Assembly: GCA_040222015.1 (NCBI GenBank)
Contig: JAVJWO010000069.1
Span: 32,001-96,000, forward strand
Source: Coleofasciculus chthonoplastes F2-STO-03
GTDB taxonomy: Bacteria > Cyanobacteriota > Cyanobacteriia > Cyanobacteriales > Coleofasciculaceae
Length of the DNA stretch: 64,000 nucleotides
Direction of reading: 5' to 3'
Made by a program: the position numbers and the translations under genes. Below, piece after piece: positions 32,583 to 40,979 of this stretch; the first letter of the stretch is position 1, and every line of letters begins with the position of its first letter. The notes under the pieces are model-generated. The model worked only from the letters and a program-made list of their open reading frames with translations. It was not told where the DNA came from and ran no database searches.

Positions 32583-33674
32583 GTGAAAACCGACACCATT
32601 TTTTATCGCTTGTTTAAAGGGTTCCCCAGTATCTTCTTTGAACTGATCAACCAATCCCCAGAACAAGCCAAAACCTATGAATTCACATCCCGTGAAGTTA
32701 AGGAACTGTCATTTCGACTCGATGGGTTGTTTCTGCCCAAGAATGAACAATCAAACGACCCCTTTTATGTGGTCGAGGTTCAGTTTCAACCCGATGAGAA
32801 CTTCTATTATCGTGTATTTACGGAACTGTTCATTTTTCTGAAGCAATACAAACCGACCCATCAATGGCGGGTTGTAGTCATTTATCCCAGTCGTCGGATT
32901 GAACGGGAACAACCGTTAAACTTTAGGGAACTTTTCCCCCGGGTTACTCGCATATACTTAGATGAGTTAGGAGAGGCTGCATCGGATTCTCTGGGGATTA
33001 ATGTTGTTAAGCTAGTGATTGAGCAGGAAAAGACAGCGCCAGAACAAGCAAGGCGCTTGATTGAACAAGCCCAAGTCCAGATAACTGATGAGACGACTAA
33101 ACAGAATCTGATTGATTTAATCGAGACAATCATCGTTTACAAATTACCGCAAAAAAGCCGAGAGGAGATACAAGCTATGTTCGGGTTAAGTGAACTCAAA
33201 CAAACTAAAGTTTATCAGGAAGCGAAGCAAGAAGGGTTTGCAGAAGGTGAACAAAAAGCTAAGTTAAAAGCCATACACCGCCTAATGCAGTTGGGTTTGA
33301 GTGTGGAGATGATTGCTGAAGGATTAGATTTGTCGGTGGAAGTGGTTCAACAAGCATCACAATTTTTCTATGAACAAAATGTTGTGGCGTTTATTGAATT
33401 GTTACAGGATCAACGATCGCTCTTTTCGCCGCAAGACTTGGCTGAGTTGGCTGAGTTGATTGAACCGTTACCCAATACGATAGAAGATTTATCTAATGCG
33501 ATCGCACAATGGTGTAAGCAGGATGGACATTCCCTACAGCGTCAGGCTTGGCGTGATCTTGTCTCTGGGAAGGTGGCGGCTATGGTAGAGGAATTATTGG
33601 CGACGAATCTTGCATCCCTGGAAACTTTTGAGGCTTCGGTGAATAAAGCAATCCTACAACAAGCGATTGAGTAG
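32583..33674 (+). CDS. Rpn family / DUF2887 PD-(D/E)xK nuclease with extended C-terminus
   Basis: MKTDTIFYRLF, FRLDGLFLP, EVQFQPD, YKLPQKSREEI.AMF.LSELKQTKVYQEA. Confidence 0.9.
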   Translation: MKTDTIFYRLFKGFPSIFFELINQSPEQAKTYEFTSREVKELSFRLDGLFLPKNEQSNDPFYVVEVQFQPDENFYYRVFTELFIFLKQYKPTHQWRVVVIYPSRRIEREQPLNFRELFPRVTRIYLDELGEAASDSLGINVVKLVIEQEKTAPEQARRLIEQAQVQITDETTKQNLIDLIETIIVYKLPQKSREEIQAMFGLSELKQTKVYQEAKQEGFAEGEQKAKLKAIHRLMQLGLSVEMIAEGLDLSVEVVQQASQFFYEQNVVAFIELLQDQRSLFSPQDLAELAELIEPLPNTIEDLSNAIAQWCKQDGHSLQRQAWRDLVSGKVAAMVEELLATNLASLETFEASVNKAILQQAIE

Positions 33675-33677
33675 TAG

Positions 33678-33940
33678 GCTGGCAAGGTTTTAAGCTGTGT
33701 CTATCTACTCCTTGACATTTTCCCCCTCATCCCCTAACCCCTTCTCCCACCCCCCTCGTTCCCCCCTGCGAGGAGGGATGACAGAGGATGCTTCGCTTTT
33801 GTTGCATGGGAGAAGGGGAACCGGATTCTCTTACTCCCCTCTTGCTCCCCTCTCCCAAGCTTGGGAGAGGGGCTGGGGGTGAGGGCTGAGGGCTGGCGTG
33901 GGATAGGGGCTGGAGGTGAGGGGTTGTTAAGTTGACACCA
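33678..33940 (+). mobile_element. Composite MITE-like repeat, left copy (ends TAAGTTGACACCA)
   Basis: About 220 bp near-identical to 38140-38466; contains CCCCT-hairpin REPs. Confidence 0.8.
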
Positions 33941-34028
33941 ATAATTGCTCACCTACCCTCTGCCCTACCTACCCTACAATTAAATTGAGCGGTATGCGAT
34001 CGCACTCGGTCTATGTTTCGTCTCAGTT

Positions 34029-37000
34029 ATGACTCATTCTGATCATCCTGAATCTATCGCTGCTGAAAACGATCGCGCGTTGCAGTCTTTAATCCGGGTG
34101 ATGCGGTTTGTCAGTAGACGCCGATTCTCCCTGGTTCTGGTGCGCTGCAATTATGCCAGGTTGCGGGAGGAAATGCTGGAACGGTTGCGCCAGGATTCTC
34201 CGGTGGCGTTTCAGGTGTTGCGGCTGGCGGCGGACGAGCAACGGCTGTATACCAAAATTAAAACAGAATTTGGCGATCGCGCAGCGTGTTCCGAAGGAAC
34301 GTATCGCGAAACCTCGGCGTTGATGGTGGTGGGATTGGAACAGGTGCAGAATTTGCCCGGTTTGCTGTCGGCGAGTAATCAGATGCGGGATGAGTTTGGC
34401 AAGTCGTTTGTCTTTCCGGTGTTTATCTGGGTGACGGATGATGTGTTGCGAAATATAATTCGGATTGCGCCGGATTTCTATAATTGGGCGACGCTGATTG
34501 GTTTTCGGGTATCCACAGAAGAATTACTCGCATGGTTGTGGCGGGAGACTGAGGCGGTATTCGAGGCGGCTTTGGTGACAACGGATTGGTCAAGGTTTAG
34601 CGGTACTCATCCCCAAGCGTATCAGGAATTAGGATTAGCCCGACAGGAGTTGCAGAAACGAGGGGAGACGTTAGCGCCGGATTTAGCGGCAAATGTCTCC
34701 TTTGCTTTAGCAGTTTATGCCCATCAACAGCATCAAATAGGTAGAGACGCGCCATGGCGCGTCTCTACACCGGACAATCATCTGCCTCAATTAAAATTAG
34801 CGGCTGTTAACCTACAGTTAGGATTGGGGTATTTACATCAAGCTGACTGCCATCGCCGCGACTCTCACCGCCATTTACAGGAAGCTAATTCCTATTTTCA
34901 GCAGGGGATAGACGCCCTAGACTCCGCCCAGCGCCCGGATTTAGTGGCAATCTGGATCAGCAAATGGGGCGAAGTGCTGCAACAATTACAACAGTGGCAA
35001 ACCTTGCAGGAATTAGCCAAGAAAGCGTTAACCCTGCATCAAACCCAGGGAACCGCCACACAACAGGCGCAGGATTATGGATTTCTGGCAGATGTGGCGC
35101 TGGCAAGGGAAAAATGGCAGCAGGCGAAAGATTGGGCAATTCAGGCGTTAGAGTGTGAGGAGGCTACCGGGAATCGGGAATCAGGAAGCGTTTCTGAAGC
35201 CGAGAGGATAGCCTTGAAAAGCAGATGCGGTGGGTATCGGTTGCGCTTGGCACAGGCGTTAAATGGACTTCAGCAACCCCAGCAGGCGATAGAAATGCTG
35301 GAGAGGGCGAGACGGGAAAGCCGCCCCCAGGATTATCCCCAAAGTTATATCCAAATCTTAAGGGAATTGCGCCAGAGTTATTGGCAGCAAAAGCAGTATC
35401 TGAAGGCGTTTGAAATTAAGCAAGCCCAAGGGGTGGTAGAGAGTCAGTTGGGTTTACGGGCGTTTATTGGCGCGAGTCGGTTACAACCTTTGCCGGGAGA
35501 AGAATTGGAAACCGTAGCGCTGGAGATTACCGCGTCGGGGCGGGGGCAGGATGTGCAACGGTTAATTGGTAGAGTTGCCCGTGATGATTGTAAGTTAACG
35601 GTGATTCATGGGCAATCGGGCGTGGGCAAAAGTTCCCTAATGAATGCTGGATTAGTACCCGCTTTGGCACAAAAGATGGTGGGGGAGTTTGATGTGCTGC
35701 CGATTGTGCTGCGGGTGTATACCAATTGGCAGGAAGAGTTGGCGGAATTGTTGTTGGAAGGAATTTCTGCCTCAATCTCTCTTTTACCAGGAGAAGGGAG
35801 TATTTCTGCTGGAAAAACCTCTCCCCCAGCCCCTTTTTTACCAGAACAAGGGAGGATTTCTGCCGGAAAAACCTCTCCCCCAGCCCCTCTCCTACAAGGA
35901 GAGGGGGGCAAGATTTCTAGAAATCCTCCTATAAATATTCCCAGCGATTCTCCTAGCAATTCTCCTATAAATATTTCCAGTAATCCTCCTAGCGATTCTC
36001 CTGTAAATACTCCTATAAATACTCCCCCTTCCCTCGCAGGGAAGGGGGCTGGGGGGTTAGGTTTCCTCCTCAACCAATTACGGCAGAATGAACAGCGTCA
36101 TTTAATGACGGTGCTGATATTTGATCAGTTTGAGGAGTTTTTCTTTGTCTGTACCGATACCGCCGCTAGAAAACCCTTCTTTGAGTTTTTGAGTGATTGC
36201 CTGAATCTTCCCTATCTCAAAATTATATTATCCCTACGGGAAGATTATCTCCATTATTTATTAGAGTGCGAACGACTAGCACGGATTGACATTATTAATA
36301 ACGATATTCTGAATAAACATAATCGCTATGAGTTGGGGGATTTTGCCCCAGAGGATGCTGAGGCGATTATTCAAGAGTTGACCGCACGTTCTCAGTTTCA
36401 TCTGGAGTCGGAATTAGTTGAGCAGTTGGTGCAGGATTTAGCCGGGGATACGGGGAAGGTGCGCCCGATTGAGTTGCAAATTGTCGGGGCGCAATTGCAA
36501 GCCGAGGAGATTACTACCCTGGCTGAGTATCGCCAACGGGGGACAAAAGATGAGTTGGTCAAGCGGTATGTGGAAGCCGTAATTAAAGATTGTGGGCAAG
36601 AGAATCAACGAGTCGGGGAGTTGGTGTTGTATTTGTTGACCGATGAAAAGAATACTCGTCCCCTGAAGACTCGCGCGGATTTGATATCGGAGTTAACCGC
36701 ATTACCGATAGATGGGGTGATAGATAGTCAGCAGTTGGAGTTGGTGCTGAAGATTTTTGTCGGTTCCGGGTTGGTGGTGGAAGTACCGGAAAAGCCAGAA
36801 GATAGATATCAGTTGGTGCATGATTATTTAGTTGAGTTTATTCGTCAGCAGGAAGGGTTTGGCATTGTTGCCCAATTGCAGGCGGAACGGGAGAGACGGC
36901 GGCGGAGTGAGGAGCGGTTAAAGAACGTTGAACAGCGGACTAAGCAAATTATTCGCAGAGGATTCGTTGTTCTAGGAGGCATTTCAGTCTTAACTATCGG

Positions 37001-38054
37001 AGTAGGATTGTTATGGTTTAAGGCATGGGGCGGACTTCAGGAAGCGCAGACAGGTACAAAATTAGAACGACAAAGCGTGGCGGCGATTAAACAGTTTGAA
37101 TATCAGAGTATCGAAGCCTTGATGACCGCAATGGAGGTGGGGCAAGAGTTGAAAAAGTGGGTTAAAGATGGTCATCCTTTAGAAGAGTATCCTGCGACTA
37201 GCCCAATGTTGGCACTCCAGACAATCTTGGATAATATTCGGGAACGCAATCAACTCCAACATCAGGGTTATGTCATGGCTGTAGCCTTCAGCCTCGATGG
37301 CAAGCAAATCCTGACTGGCTCAAGAGACAAAACCGCCCGCCTCTGGGATAACCAGGGGAATTTAATTCAGGAATTAACCGGGCATCAGGGTTCGGTCTAT
37401 GCTGTAGCCTTCAGCCCGGATGGCAAGCAAATCCTGACTGGCTCATCTGACAACACCGCCCGCCTCTGGGATAACCAGGGGAATTTAATTCAGGAATTAA
37501 CCGGGCATCAGGGTTCGGTCAATGCTGTAGCCTTCAGCCCCGATGGCAAGCAAATCCTGACTGGCTCTTTTGACAACACCGCCCGCCTCTGGGATAACCA
37601 GGGGAATTTAATTCAGGAATTAACCGGGCATCAGGATTTGGTCTATGCTGTAGCCTTCAGCCTCGATGGCAAGCAAATCCTGACTGGCTCTTTTGACAAC
37701 ACCGCCCGCCTCTGGGATAACCAGGGGAATTTAATTCAGGAATTAACCGGGCATCAGGATTCGGTCATAGCTGTAGCCTTCAGCCCCGATGGCAAGCAAA
37801 TCCTGACTGGCTCAAGAGACAACACCGCCCGCCTCTGGGATTTGCAAGGGCGGCAGATTGCTGAATTTGCCGGATATTATCAGGCTATCAGCCCCGATTG
37901 GCGCACCATTGCCCTGATTCAAGAGGATAAAGTCCTGTTAAAGCCCGTTTACCGCAATTTAGATGAACTATTGGCACAGGGTTGTGATTGGCTTAAGGAT
38001 TATCTGGCGACGCATCCGGAAGCGTGGGAGCGGTTGCCCGTTTGTCGAGAGTAG
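34029..38054 (+). CDS. NLR-like protein: N-terminal domain, TPRs, nSTAND1 NTPase, TM segment and WD40 repeats
   Basis: GQSGVGKSS, LIFDQFEEFF, LSLREDYL, YQLVHDYL; five near-identical 41-aa WD40 repeats. Confidence 0.9.
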   Translation: MTHSDHPESIAAENDRALQSLIRVMRFVSRRRFSLVLVRCNYARLREEMLERLRQDSPVAFQVLRLAADEQRLYTKIKTEFGDRAACSEGTYRETSALMVVGLEQVQNLPGLLSASNQMRDEFGKSFVFPVFIWVTDDVLRNIIRIAPDFYNWATLIGFRVSTEELLAWLWRETEAVFEAALVTTDWSRFSGTHPQAYQELGLARQELQKRGETLAPDLAANVSFALAVYAHQQHQIGRDAPWRVSTPDNHLPQLKLAAVNLQLGLGYLHQADCHRRDSHRHLQEANSYFQQGIDALDSAQRPDLVAIWISKWGEVLQQLQQWQTLQELAKKALTLHQTQGTATQQAQDYGFLADVALAREKWQQAKDWAIQALECEEATGNRESGSVSEAERIALKSRCGGYRLRLAQALNGLQQPQQAIEMLERARRESRPQDYPQSYIQILRELRQSYWQQKQYLKAFEIKQAQGVVESQLGLRAFIGASRLQPLPGEELETVALEITASGRGQDVQRLIGRVARDDCKLTVIHGQSGVGKSSLMNAGLVPALAQKMVGEFDVLPIVLRVYTNWQEELAELLLEGISASISLLPGEGSISAGKTSPPAPFLPEQGRISAGKTSPPAPLLQGEGGKISRNPPINIPSDSPSNSPINISSNPPSDSPVNTPINTPPSLAGKGAGGLGFLLNQLRQNEQRHLMTVLIFDQFEEFFFVCTDTAARKPFFEFLSDCLNLPYLKIILSLREDYLHYLLECERLARIDIINNDILNKHNRYELGDFAPEDAEAIIQELTARSQFHLESELVEQLVQDLAGDTGKVRPIELQIVGAQLQAEEITTLAEYRQRGTKDELVKRYVEAVIKDCGQENQRVGELVLYLLTDEKNTRPLKTRADLISELTALPIDGVIDSQQLELVLKIFVGSGLVVEVPEKPEDRYQLVHDYLVEFIRQQEGFGIVAQLQAERERRRRSEERLKNVEQRTKQIIRRGFVVLGGISVLTIGVGLLWFKAWGGLQEAQTGTKLERQSVAAIKQFEYQSIEALMTAMEVGQELKKWVKDGHPLEEYPATSPMLALQTILDNIRERNQLQHQGYVMAVAFSLDGKQILTGSRDKTARLWDNQGNLIQELTGHQGSVYAVAFSPDGKQILTGSSDNTARLWDNQGNLIQELTGHQGSVNAVAFSPDGKQILTGSFDNTARLWDNQGNLIQELTGHQDLVYAVAFSLDGKQILTGSFDNTARLWDNQGNLIQELTGHQDSVIAVAFSPDGKQILTGSRDNTARLWDLQGRQIAEFAGYYQAISPDWRTIALIQEDKVLLKPVYRNLDELLAQGCDWLKDYLATHPEAWERLPVCRE
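37260..37841 (+). repeat. Tandem 123-bp WD40-coding repeats (5 units)
   Basis: Units start at 37260, 37383, 37506, 37629 and 37752. Confidence 0.95.
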
Positions 38055-38110
38055 AGGATGGGGATTGGGAATTGGTTGAACCCGTACCGTAGGGGCGCAC
38101 CGACGTGCAT

Positions 38111-38466
38111 TGGTGTCAACTACAGGCGAGAAAACCAATGCTGGCAAGGTTTTAAGCTGTGTCTATCTACTCCTTGACATTTTCCCCCTCATCCCCTAAC
38201 CCCTTATCCCACCCCCCTCGTTCCCCCCTACCCCCCTCGTTCCCCCCTACCCCCCTCGTTCCCCCCTACAAGAGGGGGGAGGACAGAGGATGCTTCGCTT
38301 TTGTTGCAGGGGGGAGGACAGAGGATGCTTCGCTTTTGTTGCATGGGGGATGACAGAGGATGCTTCGCTTTTGTTGCACGGGAGAAGGGGGATCGGATTT
38401 TCTTGCTCCCCTCTTGCTCCCCTCTCCCAAGCTTGGGAGAGGGGCTGGGGGTGAGGGCTGGCGTGG
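38111..38466 (+). mobile_element. Composite MITE-like repeat, right copy (starts TGGTGTCAACTA) with triple nested insert
   Basis: Direct repeat of 33678-33900; left end interrupts a GTAGGGGCGCA REP. Confidence 0.8.
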
Positions 38467-38837
38467 ATCTTAAATTTCGCTAGATGAGGGCACGATAATA
38501 TCGTGCCCCTACCCCATGAATTATCCCTGATGTAGGGGTATGGCATTGCCATGCCCGATTCTCTCAAACCGAAACCTGCTCACCAAAATGCGCCACCCTT
38601 TCACCCCGACATTTTTGAGGTGCGATCGCGGTTAGCAATCTGGTGGGTTTTGTTGTTCCGTTAGTGGTGGGGAGGGCGGGTTTTGTTGTTCCGTTAAGGG
38701 TGAATATATAAATTTAGTCCCTAAACCCGCCCCTACAGATTCCCTAAACCTGCCCCTACAGTTGATCAGTAGTCGGACTATGTATGATTGATAAACGTTA
38801 GCCTAAAAAAATATCTATCCTCTCCAGTGGAATCTTT

Positions 38838-39938
38838 ATGATCGAAGTGGATCGTCTGAGCAAGCTCTATGGCGTCACTCCAGCTATTCAGGATGTCAGT
38901 TTTAAGGTGGAACCGGGGGAAATCCTGGGGTTCCTCGGACCCAATGGTGCGGGTAAAACAACCACCATGCGTATTTTAGCTGGCTATTTACCCGCCACCA
39001 GTGGCACCGCCCGAATTGCTGGGTATGATGTCCATGAAAATTCTCTGGCGGTGCGCCAACGCATCGGCTATTTACCCGAAACCCCTCCCCTTTATCCAGA
39101 AATGACGGTTGAGGGATTCCTGTACTTTGTCGCCCGTCTCAAAGGGGTATCCGCAGGCGATCGCACTAAGCGGGTGAAGATGGCAATTAAACGCTGTAAC
39201 CTCGTAGAAAAGCGCAAAGTCTTGATCCGCAAACTCTCCAAGGGATTTCGTCAACGAGTCGGAATTGCTCAAGCGATCGTCCATGATCCACCGGCGATTA
39301 TCTTAGATGAACCCACCGTCGGACTCGATCCTCGGCAAATAATTGATGTCCGCAACTTGATCAAAAGCCTTGCAGGTGAACATACAATTATCCTGTCTAC
39401 CCATATTCTGCCAGAGGTGAGCATGACCTGTAGTCGCGTCGCCATTATCAACCGAGGTAAAATCGTCGCCACCAATAGCCCAGAAAACTTGATGGCGCAA
39501 TTGACGGGAGGGGCGGGCTATGAGTTAGAAGTGGATGGGGATGCAACTCAACTGCAAAAGCTATTACAAGTGTTGCAGGGAGTCTGCTTAGTCGAAATTG
39601 TCCCCACTCAACAGTTACCCCCAAATCGCTCCTTAATTCGGATTGTGACAGTACCAGGTACTGATCCGGGACGAGATATTGCGGCTGTAACTGTAGGTGC
39701 TGGGATCGGATTGCATGAAATGCGCCGCACTCGCGCTACCCTGGAAGATGTCTTTTTAGAACTGACGACTCAGGAACGGAGGGCTGAGAACCTGGAAATA
39801 GAGACAGGGAACAATTTAGCTGAATCGCCTATCTCTGATTCTCCATCAGAAGTTCCTGAATCCAATGTTTCTCAATCCCAAGTCCCTGAATCAAAAGTCC
39901 CTGAATCAGACGTTCCCCAATCAGGAGAAGATCGTTAA
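38838..39938 (+). CDS. ABC transporter ATP-binding protein (GldA-like)
   Basis: GPNGAGKTT, LSKGFRQR, ILDEPTVGLDP, STH. Confidence 0.95.
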   Translation: MIEVDRLSKLYGVTPAIQDVSFKVEPGEILGFLGPNGAGKTTTMRILAGYLPATSGTARIAGYDVHENSLAVRQRIGYLPETPPLYPEMTVEGFLYFVARLKGVSAGDRTKRVKMAIKRCNLVEKRKVLIRKLSKGFRQRVGIAQAIVHDPPAIILDEPTVGLDPRQIIDVRNLIKSLAGEHTIILSTHILPEVSMTCSRVAIINRGKIVATNSPENLMAQLTGGAGYELEVDGDATQLQKLLQVLQGVCLVEIVPTQQLPPNRSLIRIVTVPGTDPGRDIAAVTVGAGIGLHEMRRTRATLEDVFLELTTQERRAENLEIETGNNLAESPISDSPSEVPESNVSQSQVPESKVPESDVPQSGEDR

Positions 39939-40738
39939 TGCGTATACTCTTTGGCAATATTGTGGCAATTTTCCGCAAGGAATTGCAGGGCTATTTTGCT
40001 TCACCTTTGGCTTATATAGTGGCTGGGTTTTTCTGGCTATTGTCGGGGTTCTTTTTCGTATGGATTCTATTAAGTCCCGATGGGATTATTCAGCAAGTAG
40101 CGCAACGCGATCAACTGGGAATGCCGACACCACCTGTGGATGTGGCGTATGAGTTTTTGAATATGTTTTTGAGTGTCATGGGTTCTCTGATTTTATTCGT
40201 TCTCCCCATTCTCTCGATGGGACTCTATTCGGAGGAACGGAAGCGGGGAACGTTAGAATTGCTAGCAACTTCGCCAGTGACGAATTGGGCGGTAGCCGTG
40301 GGCAAACTATTAGGCGTGCTAACCTTCTTTACAATTATGGTGCTACCGTTACTCCTGTATGAAGTCATCGCCTTTAATGCCGCCAATCCACCCATTCAAC
40401 CCTGGGTTCCTTTATTAGCCCATGCTGGATTAATTTTACTCGCCGCATCGGTGCTTTCCTTGGGAATGTTTATTTCCTCGTTAACCGATAGTTCAATCCT
40501 GGCAGCTTTCCTCACATTTGTTTTAATATTGTTCCTCTGGGTAATTGATTTAATTGCTAATATTATCGGTGGTGCTTTTGGGGAAGCGTTAGGTTATTTA
40601 TCGTTGATGGAGAATTATACCAATTTGGTTCGGGGTGTTCTGGATACCAGTAGTCTTATTTTATTTGCTAGTTATATCTTTTTGGGCATATTCCTCACCG
40701 CTCAGTCAATTGAAGCGTTCCGCTTTCAGCGTTCTTAA
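39938..40738 (+). CDS. ABC-2 permease (GldF-like)
   Basis: KELQGYFASPLAY, EERKRGTLELLATSP, six TMs; TAATG overlap with the previous gene. Confidence 0.92.
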   Translation: MRILFGNIVAIFRKELQGYFASPLAYIVAGFFWLLSGFFFVWILLSPDGIIQQVAQRDQLGMPTPPVDVAYEFLNMFLSVMGSLILFVLPILSMGLYSEERKRGTLELLATSPVTNWAVAVGKLLGVLTFFTIMVLPLLLYEVIAFNAANPPIQPWVPLLAHAGLILLAASVLSLGMFISSLTDSSILAAFLTFVLILFLWVIDLIANIIGGAFGEALGYLSLMENYTNLVRGVLDTSSLILFASYIFLGIFLTAQSIEAFRFQRS

Positions 40739-40979
40739 TTATTGGTCATTGGTCATTGGTCATTTGTCCTTTGTTATCCTCGCGAAGATAAACCGTAGGG
40801 TGGGTTTCGACTTCGCTCAACCCACCAACTTTAAGTCAGTACCATTCATCTTAAGTCCTTTATTCGTTGTTATCCTCGCGAAGTTAAGGGTTAAATCGGG
40901 GCGGGTTTAGTCAAATCTGGGTTAGGTCAGAAACAATAATCGTAAAACCCGCCCCTACACAATCAAAACGCTATAAACT

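Noticed and set aside
33697..33952. Short Pro/Gly-rich ORFs here and at 38159-38567
   Set aside because: They are translations of the non-coding composite repeat.
37260..37841. Diversity-generating retroelement TR/VR pair
   Set aside because: No reverse transcriptase is present, the differences are not adenine-specific, and the repeats are tandem coding units.
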